NCBI GenBank assembly: GCA_043826435.1
Contig: JBDRQF010000061.1
Coordinates: 1 to 64,000, forward strand
Direction: 5' to 3'
Length of the DNA: 64,000 nucleotides
Source: Elusimicrobiota bacterium
Lineage (GTDB): Bacteria; Elusimicrobiota; Endomicrobiia; CG1-02-37-114; JAHJSO01
This document shows positions 9,241 to 19,393 of the stretch, in pieces. A model generated the notes under the pieces. The model did not search any database, was not told where the DNA came from, and saw nothing but the letters and a program-made list of their open reading frames with translations. Both the position numbers and the translations under genes were made by a program. Each line of letters opens with the position of its first letter. Position 1 is the first letter of the stretch.

Positions 9241-10326
9241 ATGTTCTACCATCTCCTGTACCCGCTTAGAGTTTATTTTTCACCCCTTAATGTATTCGGA
9301 TATATATCCTTCAGGTCTATCGCTGCAATAATCACATCCCTGATGCTCTCCCTGTTTGTCGGCAGAAGAATGATTGCATATCTGAAGAATATCCAGGCGA
9401 TACAGATAATCCGTTCGGACGGGCCCGCATCACATCATGCAAAATCAGGCACGCCTACGATGGGCGGGCTGATTGTGCTGTTTAACCTTGCCGTTTCAAC
9501 ACTGCTATGGGCACGGCTTGATAACAGGTTTATCCTGATGTGTATTGCATGTGTCCTGTGGCTGGGACTGCTGGGTTTTTTAGACGACTATTTTAAGATT
9601 ATGAAAAAGAACCCGAAGGGGATTTTGCCGAAATGGAAAATAGCGGGCCAGGTGGTTTTCGCCCTGGGGGTCGGTATTTATTTGTATTTTTTCCCCGCCA
9701 ATTACGGATACCCGACATCGGTAAACGTCCCTTACCTGAAAGACGTTTTCGTTGAGATGGGTGTCTTATACATACTTTTCTGCGTCCTCGTCATTGTCGC
9801 CTCGTCCAATGCGGTAAACCTTACGGACGGCCTTGACGGCCTTGCAATAGGCAACTTGATAATATGCGCCTTTACTTACGGCCTGCTGGCATACATAGCA
9901 GGCCATTCGGGACTCTCCCAGTATTTAAGGATATTACCCGTGTCCGGGGCCGGGGAACTGACTGTCCTCCTGTCGTCAATGATAGGTGCGGGACTCGGCT
10001 TTCTCTGGTTTAACGGTTACCCTGCTGATGTGTTTATGGGAGATACGGGCTCCCTTTTTCTTGGAGGTGTTATCGGGCTGGTCGCCATTTTCACAAGGCA
10101 GGAATTTATACTGGTTGTCGTCGGCGGGGTTTTTGTTATTGAGGCGTTGTCCGTAATACTGCAGGTCTTTCACTTCAAAAGATACAGGACAAGGATATTT
10201 AAAATGGCGCCCCTTCATCACCATTTTGAACTATCCGGGTGGGCGGAACCGAAGGTCACCGTCAGGTTCTGGATAATAGGCATAGTCCTGTCACTCATCG
10301 CCCTGAGTTCTTTAAAAATCAGGTAA
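9241..10326 (+). CDS. mraY: Phospho-MurNAc-pentapeptide transferase
   Basis: KSGTPTMGG, DD, NLTDGLDGL, FMGDTGSL, MAPLHHHFE. Confidence 0.98.
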   Translation: MFYHLLYPLRVYFSPLNVFGYISFRSIAAIITSLMLSLFVGRRMIAYLKNIQAIQIIRSDGPASHHAKSGTPTMGGLIVLFNLAVSTLLWARLDNRFILMCIACVLWLGLLGFLDDYFKIMKKNPKGILPKWKIAGQVVFALGVGIYLYFFPANYGYPTSVNVPYLKDVFVEMGVLYILFCVLVIVASSNAVNLTDGLDGLAIGNLIICAFTYGLLAYIAGHSGLSQYLRILPVSGAGELTVLLSSMIGAGLGFLWFNGYPADVFMGDTGSLFLGGVIGLVAIFTRQEFILVVVGGVFVIEALSVILQVFHFKRYRTRIFKMAPLHHHFELSGWAEPKVTVRFWIIGIVLSLIALSSLKIR

Positions 10327-10334
10327 AAAATGAT

Positions 10335-11732
10335 ATGAAATATAAGAATGTATCTGTCCTCGGGCTCGGCAAGACGGGCGTTGCCGTTGCGAATCTTCTT
10401 TCCGATCACGGCGTCCGGGTTTTTGTTTCCGACAACAGTCCTGAAGAAAAACTTAAAAAATACATACCCCTGCTGAAAAATGGTATTGAGTACGAAACAG
10501 GGGGGCACACTACAAGGGTGCTTTCAGCCGGTTTAATAGTGAAAAGCCCCGGTGTCCCGAACGATATATCCGTCATTGCCGATGCGCGCGCAAAAGGGAT
10601 AGACGTCCTTGATGAACTTGAAATATCATACGGTTTAATCAAGCCGAAAGTTCTGGTAGCCATCACGGGGACGAATGGCAAGACGACGACCACAGCCCTC
10701 GTCGGTGAAATCCTTAAAAACGCAGGGATGAGAACGGTCGTCGGCGGGAATATCGGAAACCCGCTAAGCGGCCTGGTTGATAAGATTGACGGTTCTACGG
10801 CGGTCGTCCTTGAGGTTTCAAGTTATCAACTTGAGGGCATAAGGGGGTTCAGACCGGACGTGTGCGCCATACTGAACATTACTCCCGACCACCTGGAACG
10901 CCACAAATCAATGAGCGGCTACATTGAGGCGAAAAAGAGGATATACATGAACCAGACGGGGGATGACGTGTGCATACTGAATATGGACGATGAGTCCATA
11001 AGAGACCTTTTCCTGAAGAAGGAAATAAACCCTGTTTCAAAGACATTGTTTTTTATGAAGGAGATGCAGGAGGCTGCAATTCCGGGGGGAGGGGTGTTCT
11101 ACGGCGCTTCCTGGCGTGACGGTAGATTTGAAGTAACCCTGCCGCCGCTTTCCGGTAACAGGGAGGCGGTTGTAAATGCCAGGATGTCCGTCAATGCCCG
11201 CTTGAAAATCCCGGGCAGGCATAACATAGAAAATGCGCTTGCCGCGGTGTGCATATCTGCGGTGTGCGGCGTTCCTGCGGAGGTTATCCGGAAAACGCTT
11301 AATGACTTTCCCGGGGTTGAGCACCGCATTCAGTTTGTGAGGGAGATAAAGGGAGTGAAGTATATAAACGATTCCAAATCAACCAACGTTGATTCAACGC
11401 GGACAGCACTTGACTCTTTTGATACCCCGGTTATTTTGATAATGGGCGGGAGGGATAAGGGCTTCCCGTATACGCCGCTTTTTGACAGGGTCAGAAAGAA
11501 CGTTAAGGCCCTCCTGTTAATAGGCGAGTCGGCGGAAAAGATAAAGAAAGAACTGGGAGGCAGTACGCAGATAGTGGATTGCGGCGACCTTGCGGCTGCC
11601 GTGCGGAAGGCGTCCGAAATAGCCGTTGCCCCGGACGTAGTCCTGTTGTCCCCGGGGTGCAGTTCTTTTGACCAGTTTGAAAACTACGAGGATAGGGGCG
11701 GGCAGTTCATAAGACAGGTAAATTCATTGTGA
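10335..11732 (+). CDS. murD: UDP-MurNAc-L-Ala D-glutamate ligase
   Basis: GLGKTG, ITGTNGKTTT, LEVSSYQL, NDSKSTN, LLSPGCSSFDQF. Start placed at ATG 10335. Confidence 0.96.
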   Translation: MKYKNVSVLGLGKTGVAVANLLSDHGVRVFVSDNSPEEKLKKYIPLLKNGIEYETGGHTTRVLSAGLIVKSPGVPNDISVIADARAKGIDVLDELEISYGLIKPKVLVAITGTNGKTTTTALVGEILKNAGMRTVVGGNIGNPLSGLVDKIDGSTAVVLEVSSYQLEGIRGFRPDVCAILNITPDHLERHKSMSGYIEAKKRIYMNQTGDDVCILNMDDESIRDLFLKKEINPVSKTLFFMKEMQEAAIPGGGVFYGASWRDGRFEVTLPPLSGNREAVVNARMSVNARLKIPGRHNIENALAAVCISAVCGVPAEVIRKTLNDFPGVEHRIQFVREIKGVKYINDSKSTNVDSTRTALDSFDTPVILIMGGRDKGFPYTPLFDRVRKNVKALLLIGESAEKIKKELGGSTQIVDCGDLAAAVRKASEIAVAPDVVLLSPGCSSFDQFENYEDRGGQFIRQVNSL

Positions 11733-11794
11733 AAGAGGGGCGCTCCACGACTCCACGGGTACGCGGGCGGGGTCCGAGCCGGCGGTGACAGAAA

Positions 11795-12895
11795 ATGCTG
11801 CGCAAACTATATGATGTTGATTTTGGCCTTATGGCTGTATCCTTCTTGCTGCTGTGTGCGGGCCTCTTGATGGTTTACTCGTCAAGCGCAATATTTTCGG
11901 GTGAGACGGTTTCCGGCCCGTTTTTTTATTTCAAAAAACAACTCGTGTGGACGGCGATAAGCATGGTATTTTTTATTTTCTTCCTGAATTTAAATTACAA
12001 GTACCTGCAGAAAGGGGCGACGGGAATAATTGTTGCCGTGTTTCTGATGCTGGCCGGCGTCCTGATATTCGGCAAAACGGTCAGGGGCGCAAGGAGATGG
12101 TTTGATTTCGGGCCCATTAATTTCCAGCCGTCTGAGATTGCAAAATTCGGCGTTATAATTTTTCTGGCTGACTATCTGGACAAAAACAAAAGCAAAATTA
12201 AATCGCTGACCAGGGGATTGTTGCCCGCTTTACTGGTTGTAGGAGGCGTTTCGGGACTTATAGCAATGGGGCCGGATTTCGGTACGCCCCTCGTGATATG
12301 CCTGAGTTCTCTTGCCCTTATTTTTATGGCAGGGGCGAAAATAGCGCACGTACTCCTTTTACTCTCTATGACTATCCCGGCGGTATCCTTTCTGTTATTG
12401 ACCATACCGTATGTAACCAGCAGGGTTTCCGCATTCTTAAACCCGTGGGAACACGCCCGCTCCGCCTCATATCAACTTATCCAGTCGCTGGCTGCTCTTG
12501 GTTCAGGAGGGTTGCTTGGTAAAGGGTTGGGCAGGGGTGAAATCAAGAGGTTTTACCTGCCTGACATGCATACGGATTTTATCTTTTCAATAATAGGGGA
12601 AGAGGCAGGACTACTCGGCACGCTTTTGGTGGTTTTTGCTTTTATCTGGTTTTTTTACAGGGGATGCAAGATAGCGAGAGAATCAAGGGATTTCTTCGGA
12701 ATGCTCCTCGCCTTCGGTATAACGCTGACCATCGTTATGCAGGCGTTCTTCAACATAGCCGTGTGCATCGGTGCTGTCCCGACGAAAGGAATTTCCCTGC
12801 CGTTTTTTTCTTACGGCGGCTCGTCGCTTATATTCACCCTTTCGGCGGTGGGTGTCCTGTTAAACATATCGTCTAATAAGAAGTCAATTATGTGA
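11795..12895 (+). CDS. ftsW: SEDS peptidoglycan polymerase FtsW
   Basis: GARRW, QPSEIAK, HTDFIFSIIGEE, PTKGISLPFFSYGGS. Confidence 0.96.
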   Translation: MLRKLYDVDFGLMAVSFLLLCAGLLMVYSSSAIFSGETVSGPFFYFKKQLVWTAISMVFFIFFLNLNYKYLQKGATGIIVAVFLMLAGVLIFGKTVRGARRWFDFGPINFQPSEIAKFGVIIFLADYLDKNKSKIKSLTRGLLPALLVVGGVSGLIAMGPDFGTPLVICLSSLALIFMAGAKIAHVLLLLSMTIPAVSFLLLTIPYVTSRVSAFLNPWEHARSASYQLIQSLAALGSGGLLGKGLGRGEIKRFYLPDMHTDFIFSIIGEEAGLLGTLLVVFAFIWFFYRGCKIARESRDFFGMLLAFGITLTIVMQAFFNIAVCIGAVPTKGISLPFFSYGGSSLIFTLSAVGVLLNISSNKKSIM

Positions 12896-12903
12896 GCGTC
12901 ATT

Positions 12904-14019
12904 ATGAAAATAATTATGTGTTGCGGCGGGACAGGCGGGCATGTTTACCCGGCGCTCGTAACTGCAAGGGAGTTGAAGAAGAGAGACGTTGAGGCGGTTT
13001 TCGTTTTGCCGAAAAGGACACGACTGGCGAGCGTCCCGGCCAGAGAAAACTTTAAGGTTGAATTCCTTGATGTCCGGGGCGTTCCGAGAAATAACCTTTT
13101 TAATGCGTGCGCATCAATGGCGGGGATAGTATTTTCGTTCCCCCGCGCACTGAAGATAATTGCGGAAGTTAACCCTTTCGCTGTGGCGGGCTTCGGGAGT
13201 TATGTTTCATTCCCCGTCCTTGTCCTGGCGCGTTTACTGGGGGTGCCTGTTTTGATACACGAACAGAACCTGATGCCGGGTCTGGCGAATAAGATGCTCT
13301 CAAAAATATCAAACATAATTGCAATAAGTTTTCCCGAATCGGAACAATATTTCCCTGCGGGGAAGACGGTTTTGACCGGCAACCCGATCCGGCAGGAGAT
13401 TCTTGAATCAGCCGGGGATACAGGCAGGGTATCCCGCGCCACGGCGGGGAGAAAGAAATACTTTACGGTTTTGGTTTTTGGCGGGAGTCAGGGTTCGCGG
13501 AGCATAAACAGGGTCGTTGCGGAATCGTTGGGTTTCCTTGCAGACAGGAAGGACAAAATAAAATTCATCCACATTACGGGTGAAAACGACTACGGATGGG
13601 TGAGGCATTTCTATGATAAAACGGCTTTTCACTGCGAGGTCGTACCATACAGCGAAAACATAGGGAAGTATTACGCGGAATCGGACGTTGTTATTTCCCG
13701 TGCAGGTGCAGGGACAATTGCGGAACTGGTCGCCCTGGCAAAACCGTCCATACTTATTCCTTTCCCGCACGCGACGGAATCCCACCAGTATTTGAACGCA
13801 AAATACCTTTTTGACAGGGGATGCGCCGCGCTCATTGAGGAGGAGAAACTTAGCCCGCAACTTCTTCTGATTATGGTGGAAAAACTGATGAGCGACCCTC
13901 AAAAGATTAAGGATATGGAAAACTCCTGCAGGGCGCTCTCGCGGATAAACTCTCCGGAAAAGTATATATGGGAAGCACTGCTTGACCTCGCCCCCAGTAC
14001 TTTTTGCCTATCCCCTTGA
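12904..14019 (+). CDS. murG: Lipid II GlcNAc transferase
   Basis: GGTGGHVYP, HEQN, GNPIR, GGSQGS, SRAGAGT, HQYLNA. Alternative GTG start at 12892. Confidence 0.96.
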   Translation: MKIIMCCGGTGGHVYPALVTARELKKRDVEAVFVLPKRTRLASVPARENFKVEFLDVRGVPRNNLFNACASMAGIVFSFPRALKIIAEVNPFAVAGFGSYVSFPVLVLARLLGVPVLIHEQNLMPGLANKMLSKISNIIAISFPESEQYFPAGKTVLTGNPIRQEILESAGDTGRVSRATAGRKKYFTVLVFGGSQGSRSINRVVAESLGFLADRKDKIKFIHITGENDYGWVRHFYDKTAFHCEVVPYSENIGKYYAESDVVISRAGAGTIAELVALAKPSILIPFPHATESHQYLNAKYLFDRGCAALIEEEKLSPQLLLIMVEKLMSDPQKIKDMENSCRALSRINSPEKYIWEALLDLAPSTFCLSP

Positions 14020-14175
14020 CAAAATTTTTGTGACAAAGTTAAAAATAGTTGACCAAAAGATAAATTTTTGCTAAAATATTACAATGTAAAATCGTATTGA
14101 CAGAATTGAAAAAAATAGTTTATAAAAACATAGTATGAAAATTAAAAGTAAAAGTTCAGCATATCAGGTGTATAT

Positions 14176-15705
14176 ATGACACAAAAATCATTCAAACTAT
14201 GGGGCGGGAGATTTCATAAACCGGCGGATAAACTTGCAGAAGAATTCACCGAGTCAATATCCTTTGACTCGCGGCTCTACAGGCATGACATACTGGGGTC
14301 GGTAGCCCACGTTAAGATGCTCTCAAAGTGCGGGCTGGTCCCGAAGAATGAAGCCGTCAGGATTGTGTCCGCCCTGCGGGGGCTGGAAAAGGAAATTTCT
14401 AAAAGGGTCAAAGCAGGCAGGTTCAAATTGGATAAAAAATACGAGGACATCCACACCTATATTGAAAAGAAGGTCATTGAGAAGGTGGGCGATGCCATAG
14501 GTTCAAAGATTCATACGGCAAGGTCAAGGAACGACCAGGTCTCAGTTGATTTGAGGCTCTACATCAAAGACGAGATAAGAGAAATATTATTACTGCTTTC
14601 AGGCGTATGCAATGTCATACTTGACAATGCAAAAAAATACCGGGACGTCCTTATGCCCGGATATACCCACATGCAGGTCGCAAAGCCGATATATTTCAGG
14701 GATTACATCCTTGCATATTTTGAGATGTTTTACAGAGACAGCCAGCGGCTGCTGGACTGCCTGAAGAGGATGGATTTTTCGCCGCTGGGCGCAGGCGCAA
14801 TAGGAGGCACGTTCTATAAAAAGACGGACAGGGCGAGCGTAGCCAGATACCTTGGCTTCTCGGGGGTGGTGTCAAACACCGTTGACGCTGTTTCAGACAG
14901 AGATTTTGTCATTGAGTTTATTTTTGATCTGGCGATGATAACCTTGCACATAAGCAGAATCAGCGAGGATTTTGTGATATGGCTGAACCCGCAGTTCGGA
15001 TTTATATCTCTTGATGAATCGTTTATGACCGGCAGCAGTATCCTGCCGCAGAAAAAGAACCCTGACGTGTGTGAGATTGCAAGGGCGAAAACAGGTCGGC
15101 TCTACGGCAACCTGATGACGCTCCTTACGCTTATGAAAGGGCTGCCGCTTTCCTATAACAGGGATATGCAGGAAGACAAACCGCCTCTTTTTGATTCCGC
15201 GGACACGGTTAAATCCACTCTGAGAATCTATACGAAAATGCTTGAAAAACTCGGGGTCAACAAGCAAAAAATGCTTGAAGTCCTTGTTGAAGCGTCCGGC
15301 TATGCGGTGGCGCCGAAGATGGTTGACTACCTTGCAGAGAAGGGGTTCAGTTTGAGGAAAGCCCACGGGTTCGTCAGCAACCTTGTGAAATACTGCGAGG
15401 CGAAAAAGATTAATTTACTCTCGCTGAAACGGCCCGACCTCGCCGACTTCGTAAACAATTTTTATAAACCGGATAAGGGGTTTGTCGGTTACCTCGTCGG
15501 TAGGTCAAAGGCAGGTTCTGCGCGGAAGGCGGCAGAATCAGCGCCGGGGCAATACCTGCTTGAAGAATGGTTTAATGAAAAATTCCTGAAAGAGTGCACG
15601 TCCCTCTCTCTGCCCGCCGTGGATAAAAACGGAGACAGGCAGTTTAAGGACGTCTCAGAAAGAATCAGAGGAATAATGAATGAAACAAGTGCTTATTACA
15701 AATGA
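14176..15705 (+). CDS. argH: Argininosuccinate lyase
   Basis: LWGGRF, HTARSRNDQ, PGYTHMQ, GSSILPQKKNPD, YNRDMQEDK. Confidence 0.96.
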   Translation: MTQKSFKLWGGRFHKPADKLAEEFTESISFDSRLYRHDILGSVAHVKMLSKCGLVPKNEAVRIVSALRGLEKEISKRVKAGRFKLDKKYEDIHTYIEKKVIEKVGDAIGSKIHTARSRNDQVSVDLRLYIKDEIREILLLLSGVCNVILDNAKKYRDVLMPGYTHMQVAKPIYFRDYILAYFEMFYRDSQRLLDCLKRMDFSPLGAGAIGGTFYKKTDRASVARYLGFSGVVSNTVDAVSDRDFVIEFIFDLAMITLHISRISEDFVIWLNPQFGFISLDESFMTGSSILPQKKNPDVCEIARAKTGRLYGNLMTLLTLMKGLPLSYNRDMQEDKPPLFDSADTVKSTLRIYTKMLEKLGVNKQKMLEVLVEASGYAVAPKMVDYLAEKGFSLRKAHGFVSNLVKYCEAKKINLLSLKRPDLADFVNNFYKPDKGFVGYLVGRSKAGSARKAAESAPGQYLLEEWFNEKFLKECTSLSLPAVDKNGDRQFKDVSERIRGIMNETSAYYK

Positions 15706-16450
15706 CGACGGTATCCTGGGCGTCGGGCTGCCCCCGCTCATAAAAGAGATAGAAGGCATCGCCAGGGTGGTGGTCATAGTCCCGGACAAGGAGCGTTCCG
15801 CGGTGAGCCATTCTTTAACCCTGCACGACCCGGTGCGTGCGAGAAAAATCAGCAGGCATACCTACGTACTTAGCGGCACCCCCGCTGACTGCGTGAGGTT
15901 CGGCATATTAGGGCTTATAAAGGGAAAGATTTCATTGGTAATATCCGGCATAAACTACGGGCCGAACATGGGCAACGACGTCGTCTATTCAGGGACCGTC
16001 GCGGCTGCCAGGGAGGGGGCATTGCTTGAAATCCCGTCGTTCGCAGTGTCGCTCGTCACAAAGACGGGAAGGCACTTTGCCAGCGCCGCAAGGTTCGCAA
16101 GGACACTGGCGAAATTCATCCTGAAGGACAACGCAAAGGAAAGATGCTTCTTCAACGTGAACGTCCCGGACGTCCCGTTCAACAAAATAAAAGGGGTGGA
16201 CATCACCGCTCTCGGGAAGAGGATTTACGACGACAAAATACACACCAGGAAAGACCCCTACGGCCTGCCGTATTACTGGCTTAAGGGCAGCATCCTCTCG
16301 GGGGAAAACATCCCCGGAACGGACATATTTACAGTGAACAAAAACAGGATATCGGTTACTCCGCTCATCGTGAACAACACGGACAACGAATACCTGGCAG
16401 ACCATAAGAATAAAATCCAGTCCCGTCTCAATTTACCGTTCAAAAAATGA
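15680..16450 (+). CDS. surE: 5'/3'-nucleotidase SurE
   Basis: LITNDDG, GTPADCV, SGINYGPN, YSGTVAAAREG. Confidence 0.96.
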   Translation: MKQVLITNDDGILGVGLPPLIKEIEGIARVVVIVPDKERSAVSHSLTLHDPVRARKISRHTYVLSGTPADCVRFGILGLIKGKISLVISGINYGPNMGNDVVYSGTVAAAREGALLEIPSFAVSLVTKTGRHFASAARFARTLAKFILKDNAKERCFFNVNVPDVPFNKIKGVDITALGKRIYDDKIHTRKDPYGLPYYWLKGSILSGENIPGTDIFTVNKNRISVTPLIVNNTDNEYLADHKNKIQSRLNLPFKK

Positions 16451-18495
16451 AATTTAAACTCACGTCCGGCTTCAGGCCGGCAGGTGACCAGCCGTCTGCA
16501 ATCAACGAACTGTATTCGTGTATAAAGAATGACAAGAGGCACCAGGTACTGCTTGGTGTTACGGGTTCGGGCAAGACATTTACGGTTGCAAACGTAATAC
16601 GCCGGTGCCAAAAACCCACGCTGGTTATTTCACATAACAAGATACTTGCCGCCCAGTTGTATGCCGAGTTTAAGGAGTTTTTCCCGGATAACGCCGTTGA
16701 GTATTTTATTTCCTACTACGATTATTACCAGCCGGAGGCATACATCCCCCAGACAGACACCTACATAGAGAAAGACGCCTCAATAAACGAACACATTGAT
16801 AGATTGCGTCTCAGGGCTACCTCGTCGCTGCTTGAGAGGAAGGACGTAATAGTAGTTGCGTCCGTCTCCTGTATTTACAACATCGGGTCGCCGTCGGATT
16901 TCAGGGAGATGTGCGTGTTCATGGAAAAGGGCAGGACAAAATCGCGGCAATTGCTTTTGCAGGAACTTGTTCAGATAAGATACGAGAGGAATGATATAGA
17001 ATTATCCAGAGGGAAATTCAGGGCAAGGGGCGAGGTCGTTGAAATATGGCCCGCATACCTTGAGACAGTCACAAGGGTGGAGTTCGCCGGCGACGAGATT
17101 GAGCGGCTCACGGAGACAAACCCCGTTACGGGCAGGGTTATCACCGGCAAGGACAGGGTGTATATATACCCTGCGAGCCATTTTGTCGTGGCGCGTCCTA
17201 AGTTTGAAGAGGCCGTCGTCCTGATAGAGAGCGAACTTGAAGAGAGGGTGAAGTATTTCAGGAAAAAAGGAGCCATTCTTGAGGCGCAGCGTCTGGAGAT
17301 GAGGACGAGGTATGACATGGAGATGATGAGGGAAACCGGGTTCTGCCACGGCATTGAGAATTATTCAAGGCACCTTGCAGGCAGGCGCGCGGGCGAAAGG
17401 CCCGGGTGTCTTATTGATTATTTTCCCGATGATTTTCTGACGGTCATAGATGAGTCGCACGTTACCGTTCCGCAGTTATACGGGATGTATGCAGGCGACC
17501 GCTCACGGAAGCAGACGCTCGTTGACTTCGGTTTCCGTCTGCCCAGCGCCATGGACAACAGACCACTGCGGTTTGAAGAATTTGAATCGCTTATGGGTTT
17601 AGTCCTGTACGTTTCAGCCACGCCGGGAGAGTACGAGTTGAAAAAGGCGAAGGGCGTTATTGTTGAGCAGATTATAAGGCCGACGGGGCTGGTTGACCCT
17701 GCGGTCACCGTCAAGCCCACCGCAGGCCAGATTGACGACCTGGTGGATGAGATAGAAAAGTGCGTCGGCAGGAAGCAGAGAGTCCTTGTGACCACGCTCA
17801 CGAAGCGTATGGCGGAGGACCTTAGCGAGTACCTCAGTCAGAAGGGGCTAAGGGTCAGGTACATCCATTCGGAGATAGATACTCTCACCAGAGTGGAGAT
17901 ATTAAAAGACCTGAGGAAAGGGAATTTTGACTGTCTCGTCGGTATAAATCTCCTCAGGGAAGGGCTTGACATACCCGAGGTGGCGCTTGTGGCAGTGCTG
18001 GACGCGGATAAGGAGGGCTTCCTGCGTTCCGAGACGACGCTTGTCCAGATATGCGGCCGCGCGGCAAGGAACATAGACGGCAAGGTTATATTCTACGCCG
18101 ACAACGTTACCGGTTCAATGAAAAGGGCTCTTTCTGAAATGAACAGAAGAAGAAAAATGCAGTCGGACTATAACAAAAAAAATAAAATAACGCCGCGCTC
18201 CATTGTGAAGTCAATCAGGGAATTTGAGGAATTCCAGTATAAAGCGAAAAAAGAATCCCTCTGGCTTATTAAGGACGACGGCGCGGAATATTCGGCCTCG
18301 GCTTTGGCGAGGAAAAATCTTCCTGTATTCATAAAAGAGATTGAGAAAAAGATGAAGGAAGCGGCAGACGCCCTGGACTTTGAGGTCGCTGCAATATACA
18401 GGGACAAGATATTCGCCCTGAAGGAGATGACCGCACAAAAAAATGAAACCCGACACAAAACAGGTGTTCAATCTGGCAAAGTTGTCTCTAAATGA
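16447..18495 (+). CDS. uvrB: Excinuclease ABC subunit B
   Basis: GDQP, GVTGSGKT, YYDYYQPEAY, DESH, LLREGLD, C-terminal UVR domain. Confidence 0.98.
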   Translation: MKFKLTSGFRPAGDQPSAINELYSCIKNDKRHQVLLGVTGSGKTFTVANVIRRCQKPTLVISHNKILAAQLYAEFKEFFPDNAVEYFISYYDYYQPEAYIPQTDTYIEKDASINEHIDRLRLRATSSLLERKDVIVVASVSCIYNIGSPSDFREMCVFMEKGRTKSRQLLLQELVQIRYERNDIELSRGKFRARGEVVEIWPAYLETVTRVEFAGDEIERLTETNPVTGRVITGKDRVYIYPASHFVVARPKFEEAVVLIESELEERVKYFRKKGAILEAQRLEMRTRYDMEMMRETGFCHGIENYSRHLAGRRAGERPGCLIDYFPDDFLTVIDESHVTVPQLYGMYAGDRSRKQTLVDFGFRLPSAMDNRPLRFEEFESLMGLVLYVSATPGEYELKKAKGVIVEQIIRPTGLVDPAVTVKPTAGQIDDLVDEIEKCVGRKQRVLVTTLTKRMAEDLSEYLSQKGLRVRYIHSEIDTLTRVEILKDLRKGNFDCLVGINLLREGLDIPEVALVAVLDADKEGFLRSETTLVQICGRAARNIDGKVIFYADNVTGSMKRALSEMNRRRKMQSDYNKKNKITPRSIVKSIREFEEFQYKAKKESLWLIKDDGAEYSASALARKNLPVFIKEIEKKMKEAADALDFEVAAIYRDKIFALKEMTAQKNETRHKTGVQSGKVVSK

Positions 18496-19300
18496 AGACG
18501 TCCCATCGGTTGACCTCACGACTACGAATCTGATTCCGCCGACATGCAGGGTGTCTGCAAGAATCGTAGCAGGGGAGAGGTGCGTTGTTGCGGGGCTGGG
18601 ACTTGCAAGGTACGTTTTCAAATACCTTGACAGGAACTGCGTCTGGAGGGCGAAATACAGCGACGGGGACATTGTCAGGAACGGCAGGACGGTGGCGACC
18701 ATAACTGGCCTTGCGAGGGCAATCCTTACGGCGGAAAGGACCGCCCTGAATTTTCTCGGTCATTTAAGCGGCATAGCGACCTTAACAAGAAGGTTTGTTG
18801 AAAGGGTGAAGGGGTCGGGCGTGGATATTTATGATACGAGGAAGACCGCCCCCGGATTGAGGGTGATTGAAAAATATGCCGTCCGGTGCGGCAGAGGCCA
18901 CAACCACAGGATGAACCTGTCCGAGATGGTGCTGATCAAAGACAACCACATAAAGATATGCCGTAACGAGAAACTTCCCCTGGGGCAATTAATTTCCTTT
19001 ATGAGAGGGAAAATACCGCGAGGGACAAGGATTGAAATAGAAGTGCAGAATTTAAGGCAACTGGACTTCGCCCTGAAGAACCCTCCCGACATTATAATGC
19101 TGGACAACATGGATTTTAAGACATTGCAAAAAGCGGTTGGGGTAATAAGGAAATCCGGGCATGACATTGAAATAGAGGTCTCGGGCAGGGTGAACCTGAA
19201 GAACATTGAGAGGATAGCCAGGTTGAAGGTTGACAGGATTTCAACCGGCGAGATTACGCATTCGGCTCCGGCGATGGATTTTTCACTGGAGATTATTTAA
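18443..19300 (+). CDS. nadC: Nicotinate-nucleotide diphosphorylase (quinolinate phosphoribosyltransferase)
   Basis: ERTALN, DTRKTAPG, NHRMNL, IKDNH, IMLDN. Confidence 0.95.
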   Translation: MKPDTKQVFNLAKLSLNEDVPSVDLTTTNLIPPTCRVSARIVAGERCVVAGLGLARYVFKYLDRNCVWRAKYSDGDIVRNGRTVATITGLARAILTAERTALNFLGHLSGIATLTRRFVERVKGSGVDIYDTRKTAPGLRVIEKYAVRCGRGHNHRMNLSEMVLIKDNHIKICRNEKLPLGQLISFMRGKIPRGTRIEIEVQNLRQLDFALKNPPDIIMLDNMDFKTLQKAVGVIRKSGHDIEIEVSGRVNLKNIERIARLKVDRISTGEITHSAPAMDFSLEII

Positions 19301-19393
19301 ACGGCAGCAGACGAAGAAATGCATGTTTGCCGTTTACCCCTGCGTATAGTTTTCAAACTTGTTTTGTTTGAAAACTGCATGGGGTAATTCTTT

